Under the pieces are notes generated by a model. It had not been told where the DNA came from and ran no database searches. It saw only the letters and a list, made by a program, of their open reading frames with translations. From NCBI GenBank assembly GCA_963666285.1, contig OY762711.1: 64,000 bases of DNA. One strand, 5' to 3'. Shown here one piece after another: positions 39,532-50,556 of this stretch (position 1 is its first letter; each line of letters opens with the position of its first letter). Source of the stretch: Sedimentisphaerales bacterium (GTDB lineage: Bacteria > Planctomycetota > Phycisphaerae > Sedimentisphaerales > SM23-30). The translations under genes were made by a program, and so were the position numbers.

Positions 39532-42237
39532 TTATTTTCTGCTTCTGCGAACAACAGCCAGCATGCCAAGGCCAATAAGACCAATAGAAACCGGTTCAGG
39601 AACAACGGTAATGGTTCCATCCTCATAGATATTGTCATAAGAGAAATACAATCCACCGCCCAGCTCAGGGAGAATTATATTATCGAAGCTGCCGGTATAG
39701 CCATCGAAATCGAACAGGTCGAAGATATCGCCGTACGATGGAACGAATTCGTTAATCAGGTTGACTTGCAGGTCGCCGCCGAAATCCACCGAGCCCTGGA
39801 AATCGATAAAGTCATATTGATCGCCGCGGATAGTACCGCCCAGCTCCATGACCAGCTCGCTGGTGCCGGTAAAGACGACATCACCTGCGAAGCTGATAGC
39901 CGCCGGGCTGGACCCCGGGCTGTAGTTTGCCAGGAACACGGTATTACCAAGACCGGTAAAACTGCCTGAACCAGAGACATCATCATAAAAAGTAAGGGTA
40001 CAGCCGTTCTGGATATTTATATCGCCATTGTGGACGACTTCTGAGATGATGTCCAGATCGCCGCCGCCAACTCCTATATAGCCGACGTTATCCAGCAACC
40101 CGGCCTGGATAGTACCATTACCGACGATAGTGCTATCGATAAAGTTAACAAAATACATAGAAGGAGCATCATAATACTGATTATTAAAAGTGCCGCCTCT
40201 AAGGATAATATCACCAAAATTGGATGACAACCCCTGAGAAACAGCCAGAGTTGCCCCATCGTTAACCTGCATTCTGCCGTAATTCGCCAGCGTGCCGGCG
40301 AGTGTGAGAGTACCACCATCTGCAATGATTGTACCATTGTCATTTAACAAACTGCTATCGATACGTCCGGCACCCTGTATGGTACCGGTATTGGTCAAAT
40401 CCATGCCGCTAAGCCGGGCGTTATCGCCCTTCATGCTAATGAGACCGTTGTTATTCCAAAAAGAATTAACCATAGCTGAAGCGTTATCATCAATTCTCAG
40501 CTCGCCGCCGACCTGGTTAGAAAAGTTTGCCAGTCTCAGGTTGCCGTCCTGGGCACGAACAAAGCCATAATTATCGACATAAGTATTTAAGGTACCGTTA
40601 CCGCGAATCATGCCGCTGGTGCTATTGGTAATATTCCTGCCGTCAACAGAGTTGACCGCGCCACCTGCCAGCTCAACCAAGCCATAGTTGTCGGCATTGA
40701 AATAGAGATACATGACATCGCCAAAATCACCAACAGACAAAGTACCATTATTCTCAATATCGCATTTAATTTCCATGAAACCGTCTGCTGCGATCTGGCC
40801 GTTATTGGTCAAAGTTGATGATGCCTGCAAAAGCCCTTCACCTGAGATAGTCGCACCAAAATCATTCAGAAATTCACTGGCATAGATACTGCCGCCGTCC
40901 AGCGTAAAAGTAGACCTGTTATTCATTGCGGCAGCAGTAACCTTACCGCCAGACCGAAGAGCAGAATAGCCTGCATTTTCGTAGGTATTTGCCTCGACCT
41001 CACCTTCGTCAACACGGAGGGTTGCGCCCGGCATAACAGTAAAAGTTCCATTTATATCGAGAGTCTGAGATGAGTTCAAGTCGAGATAAGAGCCAACCGG
41101 TGAATCGCCAGCGATTTTGAAACTACTGTTAACTTCCAGCTCGCCGCCATAGAAATTAAGCGAACCGGCAATATCGCTATAAATTGTATTAGCAGCTAAA
41201 TACCCGCCATAGAGGTTGACAGTGCCTTGTTCATTAATTGACAATGCCCCGTTAACATATACACTTGCCCCACTATAAATGTTCGCAACACCACTACCGT
41301 TGGCGTCAGAACCAACAACAATGTTTCCAGATAGAGTTGCAGTACTGCCGCTGCCGCTGATGGAAAAAGAGCCATCACCGAACCCCTGGCTTCCGACGTA
41401 CATGGTACCGGCATACATATCAGCACCATCTTCCAGACTAACAGCACCATTACCATCATAGCCGACATATATCTGATTTCCAGTTGCGTCCAAAAGGCTG
41501 CCGCTGCCATTTACATTGATAGAGCCATAGCCGGAATTAAACCTGCCTAGATATAAGTTTGAATTTGCAAAAAGATCGCCACCGGCGGTAATATCAATAT
41601 TTGCCTGGCCATAATAACCAACATATCCATAGCTGTCAAAAGTTAATGCAGAGGTGGAATCATCAATAGTCACAGAAGCAACACTACTATCGTAGAAGGC
41701 CAGGTAAGCATTATTAGTCGCCGTCATGGTGCTGCCATAGGAAATGGTCGTATCTGCATTTCCGCTATAACCAAAATACAAGTTGGAATTAACGATTACC
41801 TGCGAGCCGGAATATAATGTAGCAATAGTATAGGAAGCACTGTTATACCCCATATACATATTATTAGTCTCAAGTTGAGCTCCACTGGTCATATACAATT
41901 CGGTATTGCCGGTGTCGCCATATTTGCCAAAGATGAGGTCAGATACGCTATTACTAAAGGTAAGAGAGGCATCATAATACAACTTTAGCTTCCCGGTGCT
42001 GCCAAAGATGACAAGATCATTGGTTGAAAGATACCTGACATCGTAATTGTTAGTTCCAGATGATGAAATTGTTATATTGTCATCGCCGCTGGGCACAACA
42101 CCGGTACTCCAGTTGGCAGAGTTTGTCCAACTGTCGCTCGAGGAGCCGTCCCAGGATACATAATCAGCATGAGCGGCAAAAGAAAGATTAAGAGCAAACA
42201 AAAACGCTAACAGACTATAGATTTTTTTGTTATTCAT
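39532..42237 (-). CDS. PEP-CTERM surface protein with T5SS/PEP-CTERM-associated beta-helical repeats
   Basis: WDGS..WTNSANWSTGVVP; repeats such as IYVGYDGNGAVSLEDGA; C-terminus VPEPVSIGLIGLGMLAVVRRSRK. Confidence 0.9.
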   Translation of the reverse strand: MNNKKIYSLLAFLFALNLSFAAHADYVSWDGSSSDSWTNSANWSTGVVPSGDDNITISSSGTNNYDVRYLSTNDLVIFGSTGKLKLYYDASLTFSNSVSDLIFGKYGDTGNTELYMTSGAQLETNNMYMGYNSASYTIATLYSGSQVIVNSNLYFGYSGNADTTISYGSTMTATNNAYLAFYDSSVASVTIDDSTSALTFDSYGYVGYYGQANIDITAGGDLFANSNLYLGRFNSGYGSINVNGSGSLLDATGNQIYVGYDGNGAVSLEDGADMYAGTMYVGSQGFGDGSFSISGSGSTATLSGNIVVGSDANGSGVANIYSGASVYVNGALSINEQGTVNLYGGYLAANTIYSDIAGSLNFYGGELEVNSSFKIAGDSPVGSYLDLNSSQTLDINGTFTVMPGATLRVDEGEVEANTYENAGYSALRSGGKVTAAAMNNRSTFTLDGGSIYASEFLNDFGATISGEGLLQASSTLTNNGQIAADGFMEIKCDIENNGTLSVGDFGDVMYLYFNADNYGLVELAGGAVNSVDGRNITNSTSGMIRGNGTLNTYVDNYGFVRAQDGNLRLANFSNQVGGELRIDDNASAMVNSFWNNNGLISMKGDNARLSGMDLTNTGTIQGAGRIDSSLLNDNGTIIADGGTLTLAGTLANYGRMQVNDGATLAVSQGLSSNFGDIILRGGTFNNQYYDAPSMYFVNFIDSTIVGNGTIQAGLLDNVGYIGVGGGDLDIISEVVHNGDINIQNGCTLTFYDDVSGSGSFTGLGNTVFLANYSPGSSPAAISFAGDVVFTGTSELVMELGGTIRGDQYDFIDFQGSVDFGGDLQVNLINEFVPSYGDIFDLFDFDGYTGSFDNIILPELGGGLYFSYDNIYEDGTITVVPEPVSIGLIGLGMLAVVRRSRK

Positions 42238-42711
42238 GGCTAATATTCCTATATAAAGAAAGACATCAACACTATTATTTGAGATAATATCTTACTCACT
42301 AAGATTTAACATTTTTATACAGCTAGATAAGCAAATCTTTGCACTCTTTGGCAATACAGACACGACAATTACATATTATATGCTTTTGGGTCGCAAATTT
42401 CCATAAAGATGTAAAATAATACTCCCAGAAATGGCAGCTTGAATAAAAAACAAAGCGTTTTGCCTATCTTAACATTCTATGCGGGTTTTAGGTTGAAAAA
42501 ACGTCGTAGATTTGGAGTAGGTAATTCTCAAGCCGAAGTAGAACACAGCGGCCTTAGCTATGACACCAAAGGGGAATTAACAACAGCCCCTGACGTAATT
42601 TACAATCGCTCGAACGAGCATAACCATAAAGGTAACAATCTTGACCGGAAAGGGTAGGGCAGTAAAAAGCTCAACTCTTTTTTTATGCCTGCCGCAACCG
42701 GGATAAAATGT

Positions 42712-45264
42712 TTACTTGACAACAATATTCCGGATTCTGTCAAGCCATAACGATTTAAATTGCGGTTGAGCAGTATCATCGGAATCGAAGTCATTTTCGG
42801 CAATTATAACATCGATAGAATGCATTGCCTGACCGGAATCTCCGTTCAAGGCCTGGCAATAGATTCCCCAGTACCTGGATTCCCAGTAGAAATAACTTTC
42901 ATCGGAATTTTCCGATGCTCTTACTTTATACCAGCTTTCCCTGGCAGAGCCATATTCACCGGAAACCATATCCTGCAATGCCTGGTTTCTCACCTTTTCC
43001 AGATGGCCTTCGGCAATATGCTGTCCCAGATCCCGTAAAATATCGGCATATTCAGACATAATTGTTTCAAGCTGCCTGCGATCGGTACATGAGCTTATCT
43101 GAAAAGAAATCAGCCTTGAATATAATACGGCAGACAACGGTTTTTCTTCCGCACTGCTCTTTTTATACATTGCATCAACCAGCGGTTTAACCTTGTAAAG
43201 CTCGCCTATAAGCCAGGGATAATCACCCTGGGCAACTTTTACCCGGAACTCTTTGCCCATATATGCCAGAACAAACTTCTGGGCAAACCTGACCAGTTCC
43301 GAAGAGCCATCTATATCGGCTGCCTGCAGAACCGGGGAGACTGTTTTGAGATATAAATCGAAATGGCCGGTTTCGAGGCAAGCCTCGCTTAGTAAAACCG
43401 CCGCATTTATAGTAATAGTATCATATTCCTTTGAAGATGATATCAGTGACTCCAGCGGTGAAATAACCTCACGTAACAAATCGCTTTTCTGATCAGCCTC
43501 AAGCCTGACCTGGTACCTGCAATATGCCTTATGGAATTCTACCGCACGGGCCAGTTCCCTGGCAGAGACATGAGAGAAGAGCTCAATTGCCTTTTGGTAT
43601 TCCTTTATATCTTCAAGCATCAACGAATAATAAAAACAAAGCAAACTCACATCAGAAGAATTAGAGATCCCCTTAGACATATTTTTACTATTGATAAATT
43701 TTTCTACCGAAGGCTTCAAAGTATCAATAAGCCATTGCCTGCTGACTTTGTCATCATATAACTGCCTGACAGAAAGTAATACCCCCTGCAAGACACTCTG
43801 CCCCAGTTGATATTCCTGCGAGGCAAAGTCGATTATATCCAGCAAGGAAACAAAATCATTTAACGCATTTCTATAATAATCAATCACCCCATCCTTGCCA
43901 GAAGCGTTTTCCGCCAGTTCCAGGAAATAATAGCCACGGGAATAAAGCATTTTCGGAACAACGGTTTTATCTCCTGCCTTTTCAATCGCCTTAAAGAGCG
44001 TCAGTACTTTTTGGGACTCTGCCGGCCCCTTATTCTTATAGTAGAGTGCAGCCTGGTAAACAACCGGCTGATCCCACCCGGGAAGATACTTCAGCCACTG
44101 ATCCGTATCTGCCTGTTCTAGAAGATAATAGCTGTTATATGAAATATATTTAATAATTCGCCCGGAAAGAAAAGGATACTCAGAAGCAATACGCAAAAGT
44201 TCCTTGTAACAGCCGGTGCCAACCTGTAAAGGAGTAATACCGCCCTGACCATGCGATGCATTCTCATAAATGTAATTATAACATAGATAACTCTCATATA
44301 AAGCCAGGCGAATAAGCAGCTCTTCCTTATCTTTGACAGGCAATTGAACCTGTTCGAGCTTAAACCTGAGAGAGTTTATACTCTCCAGGGCTTCACTGAA
44401 ACTTAAAATACCATTAGCCAGGTAAACTTCATTTTTAATAAGCAGAAATTCGATGGAATCAGTAAAGGGCATAGCTCCCTGATCGAGACTGCTTATCATT
44501 TCTTCATAGCATTTAACCGGATTGGCAAACATTCCAGAATTATAATTTACCTTATACCACCAGACCAAATATATAGTCTGGCTGGTATCCGCATACAATT
44601 TAATGAGTTCATTACTGATCTGAGCGGCATCAAATGAAACCTGCCCAGGTTGAAAATCGTCCGTATTTTGAATATACAGAAACCAGGCAGCTTTTAATAT
44701 TTCAGATTCTTCCCGAAGATTCTTTATTCGCTGATATACCCCGTTGCGGCCAAACCGGTCATACCAGTCATCATCTCTATACCTGTCGATAAAGGAATAA
44801 TAATTCTCCAGGCAGTTTATATATACAGGGAAAATACCAGAGAGAACGGCAGACAGTTTCTTTTTATCCTCACCTAAAGGGCCATGACTGCCATCCAAAA
44901 AAAACATGCCGGATTCATGATACAAAGAAAAACTGTCCAGTAAAATCCCCCGACATATAGAAGACAGATTATTGATATATTCCATATTGCCAGACAGATA
45001 AAATTCAGATAATTTCGCTGAAAAAATCTCCGGGCCGGAATTATCTTTGATTCCAGCGAAAAGCTCAGACAACTCTGAATCCGTTACAGAATCTATCAAG
45101 GCAGCTGGAGGCTCATAAAGAAAGTTCATTTCCAGGGAGCCGACATCGGCCGCCAACAATCCGCAGGAAATGCCGCAAATTAAAACAACTGAGATGTATT
45201 TCAATAAACCAGAAATCATAAAATAACTATCATTAACGTAAACGTTGCCTTTCGCAATCTTCAA
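42712..45264 (-). CDS. Large hypothetical alpha-helical (TPR-like) protein; start may be ATG 45219
   Basis: 850-aa ORF; hydrophobic N-terminus; TPR-like segments such as YQKAIELF and YFYWESRYWGIYC. Confidence 0.6.
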   Translation of the reverse strand: MKIAKGNVYVNDSYFMISGLLKYISVVLICGISCGLLAADVGSLEMNFLYEPPAALIDSVTDSELSELFAGIKDNSGPEIFSAKLSEFYLSGNMEYINNLSSICRGILLDSFSLYHESGMFFLDGSHGPLGEDKKKLSAVLSGIFPVYINCLENYYSFIDRYRDDDWYDRFGRNGVYQRIKNLREESEILKAAWFLYIQNTDDFQPGQVSFDAAQISNELIKLYADTSQTIYLVWWYKVNYNSGMFANPVKCYEEMISSLDQGAMPFTDSIEFLLIKNEVYLANGILSFSEALESINSLRFKLEQVQLPVKDKEELLIRLALYESYLCYNYIYENASHGQGGITPLQVGTGCYKELLRIASEYPFLSGRIIKYISYNSYYLLEQADTDQWLKYLPGWDQPVVYQAALYYKNKGPAESQKVLTLFKAIEKAGDKTVVPKMLYSRGYYFLELAENASGKDGVIDYYRNALNDFVSLLDIIDFASQEYQLGQSVLQGVLLSVRQLYDDKVSRQWLIDTLKPSVEKFINSKNMSKGISNSSDVSLLCFYYSLMLEDIKEYQKAIELFSHVSARELARAVEFHKAYCRYQVRLEADQKSDLLREVISPLESLISSSKEYDTITINAAVLLSEACLETGHFDLYLKTVSPVLQAADIDGSSELVRFAQKFVLAYMGKEFRVKVAQGDYPWLIGELYKVKPLVDAMYKKSSAEEKPLSAVLYSRLISFQISSCTDRRQLETIMSEYADILRDLGQHIAEGHLEKVRNQALQDMVSGEYGSARESWYKVRASENSDESYFYWESRYWGIYCQALNGDSGQAMHSIDVIIAENDFDSDDTAQPQFKSLWLDRIRNIVVK

Positions 45265-45969
45265 GTTTCAATATTCATCTAATAAGCCTTTACCGAGACA
45301 ATTTCCAAATCAAGCCAAAGCTTTATGCAATTAAAATTGCAAAAAGAGAAATAACTAAAATATCTTGCCTCTCTTAACACACAATTAATGCCAGATTATA
45401 GTCTTATCCTGTAAATACATAAACGACAAAATCACAAAATACAGATTTAAGCTGATAAAAACTTGTGTCATATCTTAATGATTTACAAGACATTATATAA
45501 ATAGCGAAGTAATTTTCAGCAAAATAATCGATTTATGAAACCACCATCAAAAACAAGCAAAAATGAAATTATATATTTTTTTTGCCAGAAACAAGAGTTA
45601 ATCAAATTATCTATAACATATTTCATTATAACGATTTGCATTCATATAAGGTCAACAGGTTTTCTTTTCTATAAACCCCACACTTCCCATATTAACGCAC
45701 ATGGTTTTCGCATGTATCTCCTAAATTTGCTCGAGGGTCATTTATAAATTAGAATGGATTATATAGAGAGAAAGCTAAATTAAATTGTAATCAAAAAAAC
45801 ACACATGTAAAACAGACTGTAGAGTCGGTGCGTATACAGAAAATATGCCCATAGAGAGAAGTCAGTTTTGCATTGAATATAGATTGAACTTCTTATTTTA
45901 TTTTTAAAGATCAGTCTTTATTCAAGAAATTACATTCAAAATTCTTAAGAGAAAAGAGAGAGATAGACT

Positions 45970-46965
45970 ATGAAGAGTACTAAAAACATCCAAGGAATTA
46001 TTTGCGCACTTATCGGCATAATAACCTGTTATTCCAATGCCGGCATCATTTCCCAGACAGCCCTTCCATTCGGTAATGAAGATTTCAGCATAATCAGAGA
46101 AAATCAATTAATCAAGTCCGGTAGCGATAACAGCTATGACCAGAGTGGTTTTTACAGTATCTCTGAACAGATCGCTGATGATGAAAACGCTCTATACGCA
46201 GGTAGCATAGTTGAAAATTCTAACACAGGTATGCGAATATACCAGCGTGTCCTTGCCTCCCCCAACAACACTGCTACCAAAGGTAATGTGTTGGAATATG
46301 AAGTATCCAGCACCGCAGGTATAAGGTCAACATATTCGCTTTCTGACGAATACAATAAAGGCAGCAAAACCAGGGTCAGCAACAGCAACACTCTACAGGA
46401 TCCGGTATATATCTATGTAAATCAAGATTCTGACAATCCGCAAGTAGGCCTGCTGGCGAAATATGAAATTGAAGTTATAAGCAATAACGAAACTACCACC
46501 AAAAATGGTAAAACAAAAACAACAACCAAAAAACTAACCAGCGGCGGAATTAAGATCTATGGTAAAAAAGACGGGACGTTAAAAATAAAAACATACGGTT
46601 CACTTAAACGTGATAATATATCCATGGTTATAGACAACGATGATCCCAGCAACCCGCTTGTCCTGGATAAGCCTTCAGCTTATTCAATTTCAAACCGTGA
46701 CATCAAAAACCTGTCAATTGACAGCGACAACATGATATTTGTCCTGGAGAATATTGTTCTGGAAAAAGCATTCTGGGTAAAATCAGACAGCATATTATCT
46801 GTTGACACAATCGTAAGAGGTACAGTTTATGGAGCAGAAGCAGAACTGGTTATGATAAATAACGGCCCAGCATCAATTCCTTCAGCTGATGTACCAGAAC
46901 CGGCAACATTAGGGCTGGTATCTCTTGGCGGTCTTTTGATAGCCAAAAGAAGAAAAAATGCATAG
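45970..46965 (+). CDS. PEP-CTERM sorting-domain protein
   Basis: Signal peptide; C-terminus VPEPATLGLVSLGGLLIAKRRKNA. Confidence 0.9.
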   Translation: MKSTKNIQGIICALIGIITCYSNAGIISQTALPFGNEDFSIIRENQLIKSGSDNSYDQSGFYSISEQIADDENALYAGSIVENSNTGMRIYQRVLASPNNTATKGNVLEYEVSSTAGIRSTYSLSDEYNKGSKTRVSNSNTLQDPVYIYVNQDSDNPQVGLLAKYEIEVISNNETTTKNGKTKTTTKKLTSGGIKIYGKKDGTLKIKTYGSLKRDNISMVIDNDDPSNPLVLDKPSAYSISNRDIKNLSIDSDNMIFVLENIVLEKAFWVKSDSILSVDTIVRGTVYGAEAELVMINNGPASIPSADVPEPATLGLVSLGGLLIAKRRKNA

Positions 46966-46993
46966 TTCATAGTTACTTTCTTTTCTATATTAC

Positions 46994-47033
46994 AAAAAAA
47001 AGAAAGCTTTGTCGGTCAAGGCTTTCTTTTTTT
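46994..47033. terminator. Bidirectional rho-independent terminator
   Basis: A-run/gaaagctttg-tcggt-caaggctttc/T-run between convergent genes. Confidence 0.85.
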
Positions 47034-47045
47034 GCACATATACAA

Positions 47046-47130
47046 ACAGTACATGATTTTGTCCGATCGCTCGGAAGACAGATGATAATGTAATCATTTC
47101 TACCACGCTCGAACGGGAATTTTCTACTGT
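47046..47130 (-). ncRNA. Candidate structured RNA/repeat element, copy 1 (unknown family)
   Basis: Homologous to 55989-56074; CCGA-GCGA-TCGG apical hairpin, ATGATT/AATCAT helix, ACAGTA/TACTGT closing helix. Confidence 0.5.
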
Positions 47131-47159
47131 CATAAGTATAAAATATTTAATTAGCCAGG

Positions 47160-47990
47160 CTAAGCCATACTGTAACATCTCTTTGCCACAGAATCAATAG
47201 CTTCACAAGTTGTCTTGATACAGCTTATCCCGTCGAAAGTATCGGCAAGCTCAATACCCTTGATCATACCATTCATAACAACCTGGTCAGAATTACCGTT
47301 TAGCACAATAATCTTTACAGAAACAAACATGGAAATCGCCCAGATAATCAGGTCGTTTTCTTTTGCACCCCAATCGGCAGCGATAACTAAATGCCTGACA
47401 CCCTGATCAGCAAAATTATTTACTATATCGTTTGCCGCATGAGTGTTTTCAACACATGCTATTTCATACATTCCACAGCTGATCTGATTTAGATGATGTG
47501 ACACTTTCTGCTGAACAGCATTGTCACTTAAAATACATATAGCTGCCGTTTTGTTTATCTTCTTATTGCCGATCACTATGTCATTAGAAAAACCAGCCGT
47601 TTTTGAAATGGCAGAATCAACAGCTTCGATTAACTTCTGAGAATCCCAGGGCTTGTAAATATATCCGTCCAGATTAATTGAGCTTTTAAGCTTATTGATC
47701 ATTTCAGGAGGGATAAAGCCACTCAATAACAGTTTGACAATATCAGGATACCTGGCATGAATACTAGACAAAACACGATCACCAGTTGTATTACCTAGGT
47801 TAAGATCACAAATGGTTACAATATCATTAATACCATCAGATTTAAGCTTATCTATGATTTCCAGACCTTCTGAACCAGAACTCGAAAACTCGAGAATAAA
47901 TTCATCTCCATAATACCTTTGAAGCTGCATTTTCAGGCAGTTTAGAATGGTATCTTCATCATCAATGCAAACAATTGCAACTTTCGACAT
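47160..47990 (-). CDS. Response regulator: intact receiver domain plus degenerate second receiver-like domain
   Basis: IVCIDDE, TICD (phospho-Asp), LLSG, YKPW; the second half keeps the REC-like pattern (LVIAADW) without the acidic pocket. Confidence 0.8.
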   Translation of the reverse strand: MSKVAIVCIDDEDTILNCLKMQLQRYYGDEFILEFSSSGSEGLEIIDKLKSDGINDIVTICDLNLGNTTGDRVLSSIHARYPDIVKLLLSGFIPPEMINKLKSSINLDGYIYKPWDSQKLIEAVDSAISKTAGFSNDIVIGNKKINKTAAICILSDNAVQQKVSHHLNQISCGMYEIACVENTHAANDIVNNFADQGVRHLVIAADWGAKENDLIIWAISMFVSVKIIVLNGNSDQVVMNGMIKGIELADTFDGISCIKTTCEAIDSVAKRCYSMA

Positions 47991-48164
47991 AATATTTAAA
48001 CTCCACTTCCATCTTTAACACAATAAGTGGATACCTTAAATACAAAATAAGATAATCTAATAGGGAGTCCACTTATCTTTCTCAAAATTCTACTTCTCTA
48101 TAAGCACTTTAACTTAATGCCCCCTGCACAGCAATTTTACTGTACACAATCTTCATGGTAATGT

Positions 48165-48191
48165 TTATCGACTAATTACAATTTCTGTTGA
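48165..48191 (-). promoter_or_regulatory. Putative sigma-28 promoter of the response regulator
   Basis: TCAA-N15-GTCGATAA on the minus strand. Confidence 0.55.
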
Positions 48192-48588
48192 ATTAAAAAA
48201 AAATAAAATTGTCAAAAACAATTATAACATGAAATTCACAAGCACAAATGTTACTTTTATACTGAATATAACAGGTATAAACGCGCAGCAAATTACTTAA
48301 AGAAAACAAAAAGAAAAGGGTATTTTCAAGCCAGAGATAAACAACTATCTAACAAGAACTTAACATCAATTTAACATTACTGCGTGCAGAAAATCAACAA
48401 AAAGGTTTACTACATGCATATCAATAGTCAGATAATCCTTTTTAACACGGACTGTCACTACCTGAATATCAGGATAAATTATAACAAATAATGCTGTATA
48501 ATATTTACAATATTATACAGATGGCAATACCAGAAAACGTACTACCATCTGCAATTTTTTATTCAAATAGCTAAAACTATCAATATTT

Positions 48589-49701
48589 TCACTCACAAAT
48601 ATCAATAAGTCTTTCAAGCCCTTTTTCGATTTTTTCATTAGAAGTGGCATAGCTAATACGAAAATGCGTGTCTTTCTGGGAAAATGCCTTACCTGGGATT
48701 ACCAAAACATCATTTTCTATGGCTTTCATAACGAAATCACTGCCACTACCGCCTGGTGCCGGCACAAAGGCATAAAATGCCCCGCCAGGCTTAACCAAAC
48801 CAAATTTGTCGGACAGACCGCCAAAAACCATATCTCGCTTAACCTTATATTGGGCAACGAGGTCATCAACCGGGTAATCAATTGCCGCAATTGCAGCCAA
48901 CTGAAAAGGATGAGGGGCACATACCATGGTATACTGCTGCAAAGTAGCCATTTTGTTACATATCTCATCCATGTGTTTTGGAAATACCAGATATCCTAAA
49001 CGCCAGCCGGGTGCTCCATGACTTTTCGAGAAACCTCCCATAATAATGGTATTCTCATAGTATTTGGCAATGCTTTCGGCAGGCCCATCATAACTAAACT
49101 CTCTATAAATCTCATCGGAAAGAACAATAAGATTGTTCTTCCGAGCGACCTCGGCAATTTCCTTAAGATGTTCAGGCTGATAGACAATACCACTCGGATT
49201 CGACGGCGAATTAACAAACAGGATCTTACTCTTTGGAGTGACAGCCTTTTCCAGCCTCTCCCCGGTAAGGGCAAAGTCAGGATAAGTATCAATATATACC
49301 CTGTTTCCACCGCACATAGCGGTCATCTGGTCATAAATAACGAAATACGGGTCCGGAATGAGTACATCATCACCAGGGTTTACCAAGGTGTTCAACGATA
49401 AGGTCAGGCAACCACTTACGCCGCAAGTTACGATCACCTGCGGATCTTCCCAGCCGGTTTCCGCTGATACCTTCTCGGCAATTTTTTCTCTTAATTCGTT
49501 TAAGCCGGTAGTAAGCGTATACCCATTCAGCCCCTGCTGTATTGCACTAATAGCCACTTCTTTTACAGGGCCGGGCACATCAAAGTCTGGTTCACCGATA
49601 CTGAAATTAACAGGATCAACCATATTTTGAGCTAACTGCCAGATTTTTCGAATGCCCGAAGCATCCATACCTTTTACTCTATCAGCTATATAATCATGCA
49701 T
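48589..49701 (-). CDS. Class I/II PLP-dependent aminotransferase (aspartate aminotransferase-like)
   Basis: IGEPDF, NSPSNPSG, SDEIY, GFSKSHGAPGWRLG, GAFY. Start set at 49701 (AAGGA RBS). Confidence 0.93.
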   Translation of the reverse strand: MHDYIADRVKGMDASGIRKIWQLAQNMVDPVNFSIGEPDFDVPGPVKEVAISAIQQGLNGYTLTTGLNELREKIAEKVSAETGWEDPQVIVTCGVSGCLTLSLNTLVNPGDDVLIPDPYFVIYDQMTAMCGGNRVYIDTYPDFALTGERLEKAVTPKSKILFVNSPSNPSGIVYQPEHLKEIAEVARKNNLIVLSDEIYREFSYDGPAESIAKYYENTIIMGGFSKSHGAPGWRLGYLVFPKHMDEICNKMATLQQYTMVCAPHPFQLAAIAAIDYPVDDLVAQYKVKRDMVFGGLSDKFGLVKPGGAFYAFVPAPGGSGSDFVMKAIENDVLVIPGKAFSQKDTHFRISYATSNEKIEKGLERLIDICE

Positions 49702-49860
49702 ATCTGTATTCCTTCTACAAGTAATTGCAAGCAATAAACTTATCACATAACGCGCATGGAAAAACATGCTCTGATACGAGCATGTTTTATAATTAATAAT
49801 TGGAATTTCACAGCATCAATAACCAATCGGGATATTATCCAGATCAGAATATCAAAACTG

Positions 49861-50067
49861 CTATTTTTCGTCAGGCTTTTTCGCAGGTTTCTTTTTCTTG
49901 CCGCCAACACTCTTAACACTTAACACTTTTGGCATACCAAGAATTTTGCTTTCACCTTCAACCCAACGTCCTTCATCTTCCATCTTAGCAAGACGCTCAG
50001 CTTTAGTTAATACATTACGGTGACGGGTAAGCCCACCACTTCCTTTTAATGAACGATCAACAGACAT
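49861..50067 (-). CDS. PVC-superphylum small basic protein
   Basis: MSVDRSLK...LTRHRNVLTKAERL...RW...ILGMPKV with Lys-rich tail; RBS CAGGAG before ATG 50067. Confidence 0.85.
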   Translation of the reverse strand: MSVDRSLKGSGGLTRHRNVLTKAERLAKMEDEGRWVEGESKILGMPKVLSVKSVGGKKKKPAKKPDEK

Positions 50068-50556
50068 TTCAAACTCCTGTTCCTGTCGGCCATGTAAATA
50101 CTTAAAATAAAACAACTTAAGCAACACAGAAACCAAAACCGGCAATACCGGAAAGCATAATCAGCTCTTGAAACTGGTTGCGAATTGAATAATTTAACAG
50201 AAAAAGTTATATAAATCAAGCAAAAACAGCATATAACACAAGTTATATTTTGAAAGAACATTTAATATTCCCAACCATTACCCTCAGCTCTGTCATTTTG
50301 GATTTGCCGGTATATTCATATTGCACCATATATAACTGATACACGAGGCTCTGCATCTCCCCCATATATCCAGGATTATTTGACAATATCTCCTTCGATA
50401 AATTACTGGAATTTATATGTTAAAGGTAATATAATCCATACTAAATGCAAAGAAACTGAGAATGCATTTTATGATTTAATGTACCTTTTTAAGCTTAAAT
50501 GTAATACGTTCCATAATACCCTGGAACAAAATTTTGCACTATCCGGAGATTATTAA

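Noticed and set aside
42325..42350. Sigma-54 promoter for the PEP-CTERM gene
   Set aside because: A TTGC element is present but the invariant GG at -24 is missing (GT-N10-GC)
42439..42657. 72-aa ORF or IS remnant in the intergenic region
   Set aside because: TTG start, no recognisable motif and no paired terminal inverted repeats
46990..47178. Small ORF (MITLSSVFRAIGQNH...) as the explanation of the duplicated element
   Set aside because: The other copy gives MITLSLFAFRAIGQNH but then shifts frame, no good RBS is seen, conservation extends upstream of the ATG, and the changes are base-pair compensatory. Disfavoured but not fully excluded.
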